The translations under genes were made by a program, and so were the position numbers. The notes under the pieces were generated by a model. That model saw only the letters and a program-made list of their open reading frames with translations. It ran no database searches and was not told the DNA's origin. Below are positions 1 through 12,386 of a DNA stretch of 64,000 nucleotides, piece by piece. The stretch covers positions 158,658,001 to 158,722,000 of the forward strand of contig OX597814.1 of NCBI GenBank assembly GCA_951406725.2, in the 5' to 3' direction. The DNA is from Octopus vulgaris (lineage: Eukaryota). Positions within the stretch are counted from its first letter, which is position 1. Each line of letters starts with the position of its first letter.

Positions 1-1032
1 TATTTGCTCAAGACTTTTTTAGAGAAATTCTTTTTCTCTGTAGAACTTAGAATTCATGTCTCCTTTGCCATACAAGCATATTTAAATATATAAAAAAATT
101 TTAACAATTACAAGAGAAAACTAACAAGAATAATATTATGTTCTTTGTATTATAAATCATTTGTTCAAAAATATGAGTAAAGATATGATGTAATGTTAGG
201 GCTCAATTTCTAAAGGATTCACAGGAGTGCCAGTGTAACATACAGCATATCTGGGTATTTTATAATTAATAGAACCCTCTCCTGATCTAACATAACTATT
301 TTTGATTCGAGAAAAAGATAGAAAGTGAGAAAGAGAGAAATAAGAACATCCCTCCTTCCCCTGTACTGTATTGGTACTTTACTAACTGACTGTAGAATAA
401 GGATGAAAGGTAACATTGGTTTTTGCAGAATTTGAATCCAGAGTGCAGAGTGCTGAAACAAGTACCACAATGTAATTCATCTGACACACTAATAATTCTG
501 TTAACTCACTGCCAACACATCATTGCACAGGATTGTAATAATTACAAGCATAAAAACCTAAAACCAAGTGGTTAGTTGTGCACTGAAAGAGGAATGACAT
601 CATATGATATGGCAGGAATTCCAAAACTTTCAGTCATCTGCACAGTTGATGGTTGAAATCTTTGGAATTCAAGCAATATCATGTCATTATACAATGCATG
701 GTTGAAAAACAAAATACAGGCAATTCTAAGGAATATATCCAAGTTATGAAAAGATAATGCTTTTTTATCATAGCTCTTGATTAATGCTAATAATTGATAT
801 TTTGGGGGATTAAATGCTTACTCTCTCTTTTACTCTTTTACTTGCTTCAATCATTTGACTGTGGCCATGCTGAAGCACTGCCTTTAGTCAAGCAAATCGA
901 CCCCAGGATTTATTCTTTGTAAGCCTAGTACTTATTCTATTGGTCACTTTTGCTGAACCGCTAAGTTACAGGGACGTAAACACACCAAGTCGTCAAGCGA
1001 TGTTGGGGGGGACAAACACAGAAACACAAACG

Positions 1033-1081
<49 letters not shown>

Positions 1082-1127
1082 AAACAAGTCAAAAATAGAA
1101 AATGCTAAAATAATTTTATAGTGAACA

Positions 1128-1171
1128 TTTCAGTACCGGTTTCGGTCATTTTGAGACCTTTTCAACTGTAA
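1128..1171 (-). ncRNA. Minimal type I hammerhead ribozyme motif in the 3' pLTR (U3-A8 core variant)
   Basis: UUACAG-UUGAAAA-GGUC-ucaaaau-GACC-GAA-ACCGGU-A-CUGAAA: stem I, core, stem II, GAA, palindromic stem III, GUA cleavage triplet. Confidence 0.75.
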
Positions 1172-1519
1172 CGATTAAATAATTAAATTTAGAAAAATTA
1201 GAAGAAAAGTTTTTTTAAAAGAATATTTCTATAGTAGTGTTCAGATTTAAGTGGCATTCTGCCTTTCTCTGACTCCCTTGTTTGCACTTGTGCGTTGGAG
1301 GTCGTTGTGAGTTCTTGGTAGGGTAGTAGAGGAAGAAGGCTGGTGAGGAAAGGGGGTGGGAGAATCTGGGAGTGCCCTGATGGTCGTATTTTGAATGGTC
1401 AGTGGCGGCTGGCAGTCTCAGTTCAATTCAGGAGAATATTTATATTGACAGGCTTGTTTATAGAATTAGCGTAGGTGTTATACTAAAAAACATTAGTGAC
1501 AAAGTTAAGGGGTAGGGGT

Positions 1520-1785
1520 GGAGAAGTAGAAGAAGAAGGAGAAGAAGAAGAAGAAGAAGAAGAAGAAGAAGAAGAAGGAGAAGGAGAAGATGACGATGAT
1601 GGTGATGGTGGTGATGATTATGACGACGATGATGATGATAATAATGATGATGAAGAAGAAGAAGAAGAAGAAGAAGAAGGAGAAGAAGGAGAAGATGGTG
1701 GTGATGATGGTGGTGATGATGATGACGACGATGATGATGATAATGATGATGATGAAGAAGAAGAGGAAGAAGAAGAAGAAGAAAA
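1520..1785. repeat. Compound (GAA)n/(GAT,GGT,GAC)n microsatellite with higher-order duplication, inside the Penelope element
   Basis: Direct reading; two similar GAA-block plus GAT-block units. Confidence 0.9.
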
Positions 1786-2538
1786 AAACAGAGAAGGGAG
1801 AATATGAATGGGTGTAAGTATAGCTATGAAGGGGCTGATTAGTAATGGATTCTATGGAGTGTAATATTTGAGTGTGTATATATATTTTTCTTTTATTCTA
1901 AAGTTGAGGTATATTAATTGTTTGTCGTAGACCCTAAGAAGTGGCTTGTATTTTGTAATAAAGAGATTTTCTTTACTTATTCGTTGTCTCGAGGTTGTAT
2001 CGTCCCTAAATTGGTAGAGGGGGAAAATTCTGAAGTTTGGTGTTTTTTTTGTTGGCGCAAGTATCTATGTGTTGGCTAAAAGCTATTTTTCTGTTTTGGG
2101 GAATTTTTATCTGGGATCTGTGCAGGGCCATTCATTTACGCAAACCATTTTTTGTTTGGCCTATGTACTGCTCTTGACACCCGGAGCAGGTTAGTGAGTA
2201 TATTAGGTTCTCCGAAGCACATGTGAAGTTGCTTTTCACTGTAAACCGTTGTCCCTGTTTGAAGGAGAACTCTGATCCCTCAATTAGATAGTCGCATATC
2301 CCGCAATTGGGTCTTCCACATTTTTTTACTGTCGGCTTCTGTGTTGAAGAGTGAATTCGGGCTTGTGTAGGGAGACTTTTCATGGATCTAGGCTGTCTTT
2401 TGCTTTTTATGATCGTGTGTGTTTGGAGGATTGTGTTCATTCTGTGGTCTTTTTTTAGGAGGGGTATGTTGTGGAGGATGGTGTCGAAGGCTTCGTTATT
2501 GAGTTCTTCTAATTTTTCTAAATTTAATTATTTAATCG

Positions 2539-2582
2539 TTACAGTTGAAAAGGTCTCAAAATGACCGAAACCGGTACTGAAA
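2539..2582 (+). ncRNA. Second, identical hammerhead ribozyme motif in the inverted pLTR
   Basis: Same 44-nt motif on the + strand; predicted cleavage after A2576. Confidence 0.75.
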
Positions 2583-2670
2583 TGTTCACTATAAAATTAT
2601 TTTAGCATTTTCTATTTTTGACTTGTTTTTTCATATATATCAACTCGTGTGTTCCTTTTCACCCTTATAC

Positions 2671-2702
<32 letters not shown>

Positions 2703-2909
2703 CGATGGGCTTCTTTTAGTTTCCATCTACCAAATCCACTCACAAGGCTTTGGTCAGCCTGAGGCTATAGTAGAAGACATTTGCCCAAGGTGCTATGCAG
2801 TGGACTGAACCTGGAACCATGTGGTTGGTAAGCAAGCTACTTACCACACAGCCACTCCTGTGCCTATAGTGAATTTTTTTTTTGTTTTTGAATAGCAAAA
2901 GTAACTCAC

Positions 2910-3033
2910 CATAGCTAGATCTCTTTGATGAAACATTTCCAGATTCTTTAATTCCAATTTATTACCTTCACCCTTTCTTTGAGCTAATTCAATCCAGGGA
3001 TGACTCAGACATTCATCTATTTCTAAACGAAAT
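2910..3033 (-). CDS. Kinase C-terminal exon and start of regulatory tail (phase 2-0)
   Basis: [41 protein letters not shown]; tttcag acceptor, GTGAGT donor; the next exon was not found in the window. Confidence 0.9.
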
Positions 3034-4481
3034 CTGAAATTGAAAGAAGGAATATATTTTATTTAAGAGGTCATAGAAAAATGTGTAGTGAGTAATAAAT
3101 GTTGGGTTTATCAAGCTTATTGAAAAACAGTATGAAAGATTCAGCAGGCTTTGTCACTCGAATCAACATAATATCAATCTCACTGAGAAATGATTAGAAA
3201 ACTGTCAAATTCAGTCAAAGAAATGTCTGTATGGCATAAAGATGACTGCATTTTAGATATAAATACAAATGTTAATTCTGTATCCTCTTTGTTTATAGAT
3301 GTGTGAGAGAAAACTATATATTTGTTAAATATATATTTGTTGCTGTCTCCAAATAACATGTATGAGAGAATTGTCTTTTAATGACCCTGATGCCAGGCGG
3401 AGCCTCAGGTTAGATTAAAGCAATCTCTGGAAAGAGTTAAGAATCAAAACCATTTGTAATGCAACAACAAGAAATTTTTTTTTAAATTCTATTGGCATAG
3501 TGGCATATAAAAATACAATAGACAGCTTGCATGGGTTGGACAGGTCATTACATTCTGATTCAGTTCTTATTCTGAGTTACTGTCCTCTGAAGCAATTCAA
3601 AGGAGTACACCTTTCTTGTGTCTTCCATAAAACACAGCTTACTTCAAACAAAAGTAGTCACCAAATCATCACCAACTTGTTTTATATTGTGTTTTATACT
3701 GAATATAGTAATTATTTTCTTATTGTGTTTTATATTGAATATAGTAATTATTTTCTTTAATATCTAACTGTAATTCATTTTATGAATAAAAAATCTATTC
3801 ATTCCAATCAGGGTTTAATATAAATATATATACATTACAGACATGTAGTAAGCAGTGTAGTATGTCAGTTAAATTTATTTATGTTGATATTGATGCAATA
3901 TTTCATGATTAGAGTTAAGATGAGTCACATAATTGTATTATTATACTAAAGTATTTCCAGCTAGGAAATACTTATGACATTATATAAATAAATTCAATAT
4001 AAATTTTATATTTTCCTTTGTTCACATAAAATACATTCAACATAGAAAATACTTACAGTGGTTCCTTCTTGAGAAGACTGGTAATAAAATCTTTAGCTTC
4101 ATCTGAAATATGTTTGAAAGCTTCCTCATCAAAATGCCACTCACCATTCTCAATTTTATTGAGAGTCTCAGAGACAGATTCACAATGGAATGGTGAAATA
4201 CCACTCAATCTGGAAAATATTGAGTATAATCGAATATATAAATTATAAGTATAAGTACACAGTAACAGTTAAGATAATATACAAGGAATTATTTAGATTT
4301 TTAAGAAGCTTTTCTGTGTTTCTTTCTATCTACAATATCAATGACCATTCTCCTGTAGATTCATCCATATATATCTTTCACTATCCAACACACTTAACTT
4401 TATGATTAACTTTATTTTCCTTTTTTAGTAGAAGCTGTAGACAGAGTATATATGCATTCAAAATTCTATGTAAGAATACAC

Positions 4482-4547
<66 letters not shown>

Positions 4548-7500
4548 ATTTAGTCGCCTGATGATCAAAATTCTTAGGAAATTATTTGAATCTAACTGGA
4601 GCTCTCATTCACAACTCATGTGCATATTCATAATCAATCACTAAAGAGTATATCCAAATTAGAATATTTTCAAATATACTGTAACGTGTAATTTTTAACT
4701 TAATATTATCTAGAGCCCCTACATATGCCTTTAAGGTTTACAGAGATATTTCAATTAAATTTGTTCATACATGTCTATATAAAACCATTAAAATTTCTCT
4801 GTTGTTGATGCTAACACTCCCAATTGTGAGAAAAGATATTGTACAACAAAACTTTACTTGCTATTTCTCATTGAGAAAAATTCAATAGATGCTTTATTCT
4901 TATTGCCATGCAATTTTACTATGATGATATGAATATGAATTCATAATATAGTTTCATAAACTAAATATCATAACTACAAGTATTTGTTCCTTATTAAATA
5001 TTTGTATTATAAATTGGTTTGTATTTTAATGCAATAGGTTTCTAATTTACTGCTTTATCTAAAATTACCACTGAGATAAATTTATTAAGAAACCACTGGT
5101 ATAAACAATCACAGGGATTTTGACAGAGTTCCAAAAATTCAGTTGCCATGAGTTGTGACGTATGTAATTTTTTACACTCTAACCCACCCATCACTGCCCC
5201 TGCCCTTAATTCGTATGGTAGAGAAAATATCGCTTTTACTTACAGCTAAATTGATGTGTTCACTTATTAGATGAAAAGAGAGTGTCAGCAGTGTTAGCCT
5301 TCATTCTCCATAGTAACTAAATACATTAAACTCTTCTATGAACTTTTACCAATTTCTTCAGGTTATCAATTTTACTCTGTATCTCAGTTTTTTCTTTTTC
5401 CATTATCATTTAGTGACTCAAAAAAAGAGCAATGCTTGTGGTCCTTTATTTTTCCAAGGTTTTCAAACTAATAGGAGGAAGAGAAGAAATTTTCCTCAAA
5501 CTGGAGTAGATCCCAAATAATAGCAACAAGTCACCATAATCTGGTGGTGGTGTTAAACACGATAAAAATTATAACTGTCACCCAAGAACTCAGACTGCAA
5601 AGAGATAGAACAAATTTTGCAAAGCATTTCATCAAATGCTCTATGAATTCTGTAAACCTTCACTCTGGGCTGGGACTTTATCTTAACGATGGAAAGAAAT
5701 GTTGCAATTTTTTATTATGTAATATATGACATGTAGAAAAAACAATCCTAATAATTATAAAATACTTACAAAATGTAAGTCAGTACTCCTACACTCCATA
5801 AATCAGTTGATTCTGATATTACTTCACTGCACACAACTTCAGGAGATGCAAACTCAGGTGTTCCATAATTTAACTTTAGTGGTGCATTATGAATCTTTTT
5901 GGCAAATCCAAAATCGATAAGTTTGATTTTGTCTGTTTTTTCTTCGTAAATTATATTTCCTGGCTATAATAAAAGATTTGTACAATTAATTGCAATTAAT
6001 TCGTGAATAAAAATTTTTAAGCTAACAGAATGGATGAAAACAGACCAACAAAGGATGCTACTAAAATAGTTGGAGATTTAAAAGTGTTGACATTTTGAAT
6101 GATTGAACATTCTAGTTATAGAAGGCCCTGTAGGATCATTCACCTGATATTCAGGAAAATAATCTTTTGTTGTCATCGTTATTGCTGTTAATGATGATAA
6201 TATCAATAATTATGACAATGACAGCTAAAATTATTGCAATTATAACAACTTCACTGTGAGCAGTGACACTGGAGAGGGTGGCAATAATAATAACAATAGT
6301 GACAATAACAATTAAAATAATGATTATAATTATATTTTTGAAAACAATAAAATAAAGTAAACACAACAATGTTTCTTTGTGTGGCAACAAGCAAATGAAG
6401 GAGCTCCAAGCAGATATTTAATCTGCTAGAAAAAGCAACCTAAACTCGCTTTGCATATATCGCAGCATGTTATAAAAAGGAAGAATGCATTAGATAACAT
6501 GGTCTAAGATAACCTATGATTGAATATCATATTGGATGGTCATGGCTGAATGTCATGAGAATAGATCTGTTCAATCTAATACATGGCCTGGGGTTACATC
6601 ACATCAACAACAACAATGTCACCATATAAATTTAAGTTTGAAATGAAAAATATTTCAAAAACAATTTTTTTTTTATTTTGTAGAATTAACAGAAATATAA
6701 TATTCTGACTAAATAACGACAAAATACCTTAATATCTAAATGAGCCACACCACGGATTCTTAATTCTTCAAGTGCTAACAATAGTTGTTGAATGTAGAAT
6801 GCAGCATCAGTTTCAGTCCAATTGTATGTTGTAAGAATATGTTCAATCAGTTCTGTTCCATGAATTCTAGTTAAATGTTAAGGCAAATAAATCACTGATT
6901 CACCGATTATCTTCTATTTTGCAATTGAAGAAAACGGCTTTAAAATACAAGTATTTATTACTTTCTTATCAAGCCAGAGAGAGTTGCAATGGTTTAACTC
7001 AACTTGCTCGAAATACAAACCAAATCTCCCTCAAATTTGTACTAATGTTTCAAAAACAGTGAACATTGGATGATATCATCTTTGATATACAAGAAATCAG
7101 ATTGGGCATGGCTAGAATGCTTTTTGATCACAGGTCTTCTCAATCAGAGCTAATTTATGATTAAAATAGCAGCTTTCATCATCATGAGGAGTTAGAATAT
7201 AATATTGTATCCAGTTTTATTCATGTGCCCAGGAACAAGGAGTGCAAAAGGTGCAAGTGCACCCACTAAAATTTTTGTGGAGTGCAAAATCAAAATTTGT
7301 ATCTCTACTTCCTTTTCACAGGTTTAGAAAACAGTGAGTAATGTATGATCTGTAAAAATTATCTTGAATTAGGTTTCTTCTCAAAGAACAAAGAACATAA
7401 ATCAATAAAAAAAACATTACCTTATTTGTAAGAGTTTTGGGGCCTGGGTTTGCACCCCCTAAGGAAATTTCATTCCTGAGCTAGTTGTTATGCTACAACT

Positions 7501-10500
7501 TAAGTACATTTCTTCATTTATTTAACCATGTTGACATGAAACTATAGTTTCACTCCTACTTAAGCAACGAAAGGTAATAAAATGTAGTTACTTGTGAAGC
7601 ATCTCAATGGTTATTTAGATAAGGACTTAGCCTCCTTTAAATAGTCCTAAATTTCTGTCCTAATACTAACGCTAAATATTGTATCATTCTGGCCCACTTA
7701 CTATAAGCCAATGAAGGATCTTCCGTATACCTACTTGAAATACATTTTAGTCATTTTAATAATGAAAGAACACATTAGGAGATACACTATGCTTGCAGGA
7801 AAAATGTGGTCACTATCTTGGCTAGAATGCTCTTTTGCTCAATCTGGGCTTCATCATCATCATTATGTATTGTATGTCTTCAGCACATTGATGATACTAA
7901 AATAAAAGTCTTCCTGATTATAATAATAATAATCCTCTCTACTATAGATGTAAGGCTTGAAATTTTGAGGGAAGAGCAAGTCAATTGCATGAACCTCAGT
8001 CTTTCACTGGTACTTAATTTATCAACCTGAAAGGATGAAAGGCAAACCTCGGTGGAATTTGAACATAGAACATAGCGACAGACAAAATGCCACTAAGCGT
8101 GGATCTTCTAGCTACCTTGCTATTCTTGTCCAACCAGCTCATGATATTGTCCATTCATTGCATTCTTTGCCTGATTCTTGATGAACAACCCTCAACTCTT
8201 CCTTCCATGAAGTTTTCCAGACCTCTGCTTCTTTGAATATGGTCATAATAGATGAAATTTTGTTTTATTACAATGTTCAGTTGTTGTTGTTCACATTTGT
8301 CTGATAGTCTTTATAAGAGACATGATATTCTCCTATATGCCCACATTTCAAATATTCTCTTCAAATTTGTTCAGAATCCATGTTTCATAACCATAAATGC
8401 CTGCTGACCAAATGACATTTCACACTCCCCTTGTTTTTAACTTAGTTGGGAGACTTTTCCTGGTACAGATGTTATTAAGGATTTCCATGCATGTTCTTAG
8501 CATGGCTAGCTGTGTCCTAATTTCTTTCTCACATGTGGCTTCATCAGATAGTTGAACTCCGAAATACTAGTACAAATCACCTGTCTGAATTCAACCTGTC
8601 ACTGCTCTGTTTGATGATAACATTTACTTTGTCTTTTCCTACTACCATGATTTTTGCTTCCTTTTGGTTGAGATAAAGGCCATGTGTATTTGATGTCTTC
8701 TCAACTCTGTTTATTATTTCTTGTTGCCCAGCCTAACTCTTGGCAAGTATCATTTGCAAACTTTAGAAATATGTTAGGCCAGAGATGTCATCACAGGCTG
8801 TTGAGAGCTGCTACTAGTACCATGTAAACTAGTACTACTTGTTCATTATCAAGTGGTCAGAGACTAAACCAGCACCCCCACTTGAGTAGCTAGCTACTGT
8901 TGTGAGGAGGGTGTCAGGACAGCCAGCAGGACTAAAAAATCTGGGCTTGCTTGCATCTAAGCAACAGCATCAAATGCAATTTCTCCATTTACCTAACAGA
9001 AATGCTAGTAGAAGTGGAACAGGGATGATTCAGTATAAATGACAAATAGTGTAGTGTTCGAAAGGGAAAAATCATCTTCTTCCACATCAAGATTCTCTAA
9101 AACAATCTATAACTACTTTTTATGATGCGCTTTAAATAAATGAAATTTAAGAATAGCTCTACTAATAATACATAAAATTATTACTTTTAATTCTTTGTAA
9201 CTCTCTGTGCATTTTTGTACAATGACTTTAAGTAGAACCATGTAAACTTATTTAAAAACACTGAATGACAAAGCAGTATTTTAGTTCATTCATTTAGGCT
9301 AAATTTCATTTATCTTTGATACTAGATAATATTGAAAAAAGAATGAATATTTTTAAGAGCCTGTACATAAAATATAATTACCATTCCTTTTAGAAATACA
9401 AATAACAACAATTTGTAACAAGTCTCCATTCAGGAGTTCTGAATTAAGAAATACGAATTTAAAAGACGAAAAAGAGTTTTAAAGTGACAGAAAAACCAAA
9501 TAAATAATGAAGAGCTATGAATCATTATCAAATATTTTGTTTTGATGGAAACAAGATTTAAAGGATACAATTCTGTAATCAATACATATGATTTCACTGT
9601 TTCATAGGCCTCATGGATTTTCATAATATGAGGATGATCTAGAACTCTAAGAGATTCAAGTTCTGTCTGGAAAAACTCCTTCTCTTTTGGGTCACTTAGC
9701 GTTAAGAATTTGCCAGCAAACTCCTTGCCAGTTGATTTCTCTATAACTCTTCGAATAATTCCATGCCGTCCTCTAAAATAAATAGGAATAAAATTTAGTC
9801 ATTTAAAATGGTGTAATAATAAATTTATATTTAGACAGACAGACAGATTGATATAAAGGTGCCACTTTCTATGAACGAAATAGAAGATCAAGTGCACAAA
9901 GAAAATGCAAATTGCACAAGCCCAGAGCCAAGTCCTTATCCTCAGTCCCAGCAGATTACCAGTGCCCAGCCTGCAACAGAGACTTTTGAGTATGCATTGG
10001 ACTGATCAACCACAGTCAGACACACTATTCTCTGTCTCCCATTTAATGTCCTTGGTCATCTTCAACAATGACAGTTGAACTAATAATAATCTCTTTATAT
10101 ATAAATATATAAAGTTTTGTTTCAACATCAAAGAGTTTGAAAAGTCTTAAAATAAATGCAAAGCAATTATTGCTAAAAACACTTTGGAGTTTTGTAAACA
10201 GTTTTTCTACTGTTGTTCTTACATTTTGTCTTCTATGACAATATAAGCCAAACATTGACTATCTATGATTGTAAAGATTCATCATCAGAAATATCTAATA
10301 TCCAGCTAGCTGCTGCAATTGTAATCTTCACTGCAAGAAGTTTATATGACAAGATAACAATTTGATAATGCTTAACAAAACACAAAACTTCTCAATCAAC
10401 ATATGTGGCTTCCTACTTCAAGAAATTTATTTGCCACAGATGTTAGGATTAAACATCTCGAGTTGCTATTGCTGGAAACCTAACATTATGGCCAAAATCT

Positions 10501-12344
10501 AAGATTATTTTACAAAGAGTAGGTTTTTTTTTCATGAGAAGCATAGAGTATTTCTATTCTAGACAATTTACCTTTAATTTGTCTTCTTTTATAAAGACAA
10601 TATGGGAAACCTTTCATTTGGAACTATAGCTTGAGTTTATATATGTACACATATCCGGATTATGGTAACACAGATTTGCTCGATCAGGTCTGGTTTACAG
10701 TTTATTTATAACAAACAATAACAATTGTTTTTCTTTTTAAGTTGCTCAAAATGAATTTTTTAAAACCATCTTTTCTGTACTTTAACAAAATCTTTGAATG
10801 TCTGTCAAATTCTCTCAGATATATTTCAAATATTTGAACAATATTTTGAACAACATTGAACAATATTCGGCAACATTTGAATTCAGAATATAAAACTGGA
10901 AGAAATGCCACTGAGCATTTTAGCAACCCTAACAGAATGAAAGGCAAAGCTGAACTTAGCAGGATTCAAAATTAAAATAGACAGAGATATAACTAAAAAC
11001 TGCATGATTTCTTAGTCAGTTACTCTACAGACTCTGTTGAAATATCACCCTTGAATTATTACCATACTATAAATAGTGTAAGTGATTACAGAGAAGGTTA
11101 ATCTCTTCAATATCTCTCACTTAAATTCTTCTCATTCTGAAGTAAAATCTCAAGATCACATTACGAGTCAGCATATAATAAATAAGTTAAAATATGAGTT
11201 CCATTTGTCTTTCATTGCATATGATTTGTAATATTATTATTATTATTGCAATAGATTAAATATTCAAATGTCTTAGATGATTTATTATTAATATAATTTT
11301 CCAGATTATTTAGACTTGATGCATTATAAATAAAGAACTTTTGTTTAAGTCCAGACAAGGAATTGAGTACACAAGTTGAATTATCTATTAAATCTAGAAA
11401 TAATGTTTAAATTGTAACTAAATATTATCAAAGTTGGTTTAAAATACTGGGTAACATAGTTATGAATTATAAATACCACTATTCAATATTTTACACTTCA
11501 TTTTAAGAGAAATTATGTTCTCAAACAAAAAGAAAGCTCAGAGTTGTTTATTACAATGAAAATTCAGGTCTTGTCAAACAATATCATCTCCAATAACGTT
11601 TATTTCTCTACAAACAATAAATTACGCTATTTTCCAAAACTGCTTGTTATGCAAACTATCCTTCCAAGAAACCAAAGAATTCAACTTAAACCACTTCCAT
11701 GGACAACAGATCAATGTTTGCTATTTTATCAGTTTAAAGCTTCCTCAGTCAAGAGGTAAAATCAAATAATATTGGTTCTCAGTTAAAATCATCAAAATCC
11801 TGATCTCATCATTGATAAAAAAAATTATGTAATTTACCATAGGACAAAGAAGTAAATCAATTTAGCTAAAACAGTAATTTTGTCTTGTTTTAAAATAAAT
11901 TTACAGGCTACCATTCCTTCAAAACACTTTAAACTCCACACAATCACCAATGTAAAGTATTTTTTAAAATAAACTAAATATGATCTTGCACTGAATTAAT
12001 CTGATTATTGCTGCTGATTTGGCTAAGTGTTCGAAAGGTATTGTTGACTTAGTGAACCAAAGACAAATAAAAGTTTTGCCTTATTTATATAAGAGCAAAA
12101 TAAGTATCAGTTTACTGTATAAAAAAATATTAGCAAAGAAGCTCAAAAGAGAACCTGTATGTAATTGTTTGACCATCTAGAAATAGCAGCGAAATCTCTA
12201 AGATTGTCTTAAAAAAAGTAAAAGACATGTTGCATTGCATTGCATAAATTTAGGTACCTTAAAAAAGGGAGGTCGATCATAGCTGAAGCATCTTTGATCA
12301 TATATCTGATAGTGTTTGAAAATTATGTTTTCTCTTGTAAATAC

Positions 12345-12386
<42 letters not shown>

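Larger units (their letters stand above)
1078..2668 (-). mobile_element. Penelope-like retroelement, 5'-truncated, GIY-YIG endonuclease portion with inverted pseudo-LTR
   Basis: Minus-strand frame ...IIKSKRQP...KCGRPNCGIC...FTCASENLIYSLTCSGCQEQYIGQT..L..(R>stop)MALHRSQI...FRIFP...KENLFI. Perfect 129-bp inverted repeat at 1078-1206 and 2504-2632. Inserted in (TA)n. Confidence 0.88.
821..2867 (-). mobile_element. tRNA-derived CORE-like SINE (octopus OR-type), split by the Penelope insertion (3' half ~821-1036, 5' half ~2700-2867)
   Basis: The two halves match the intact copies at 38282-38668 and 51614-52050; the break is inside the SINE's internal (TA)n. Confidence 0.85.
6867..9568 (-). other. 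U12-type (minor spliceosome) GT-AG intron, 2702 nt
   Basis: 5' splice site GTATCCTTT (9568-9560). Branch box TGCCTTAAC (6885-6877), then only ATTTAACTAG to the intron end, with no polypyrimidine tract. The junction restores the kinase frame (ITE-L-IHG). Confidence 0.9.

Noticed and set aside
219-515. Minus-strand ORFs as the next exon of the kinase gene
   Set aside because: The sequence is a decayed family-2 SINE (CCTTTCATCC...AAAGTACCA block) and shows no protein-family motif.
1496-1817. Poly-E/D and poly-K/M ORFs
   Set aside because: Translations of the GAA/GAT microsatellite inside the Penelope element; no splice or domain support.
3685-3756. 36-bp direct repeat pair (other local duplications at ~15975-16180 and ~43110-43220)
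   Set aside because: Simple local tandem duplications with no spacers; not CRISPR-like, and the context is eukaryotic.
7229-7480. Possible small hAT-like MITE with CCAGGAA/TTCCTGA ends
   Set aside because: Ends are short and imperfect and no target-site duplication is visible; too weak to list.
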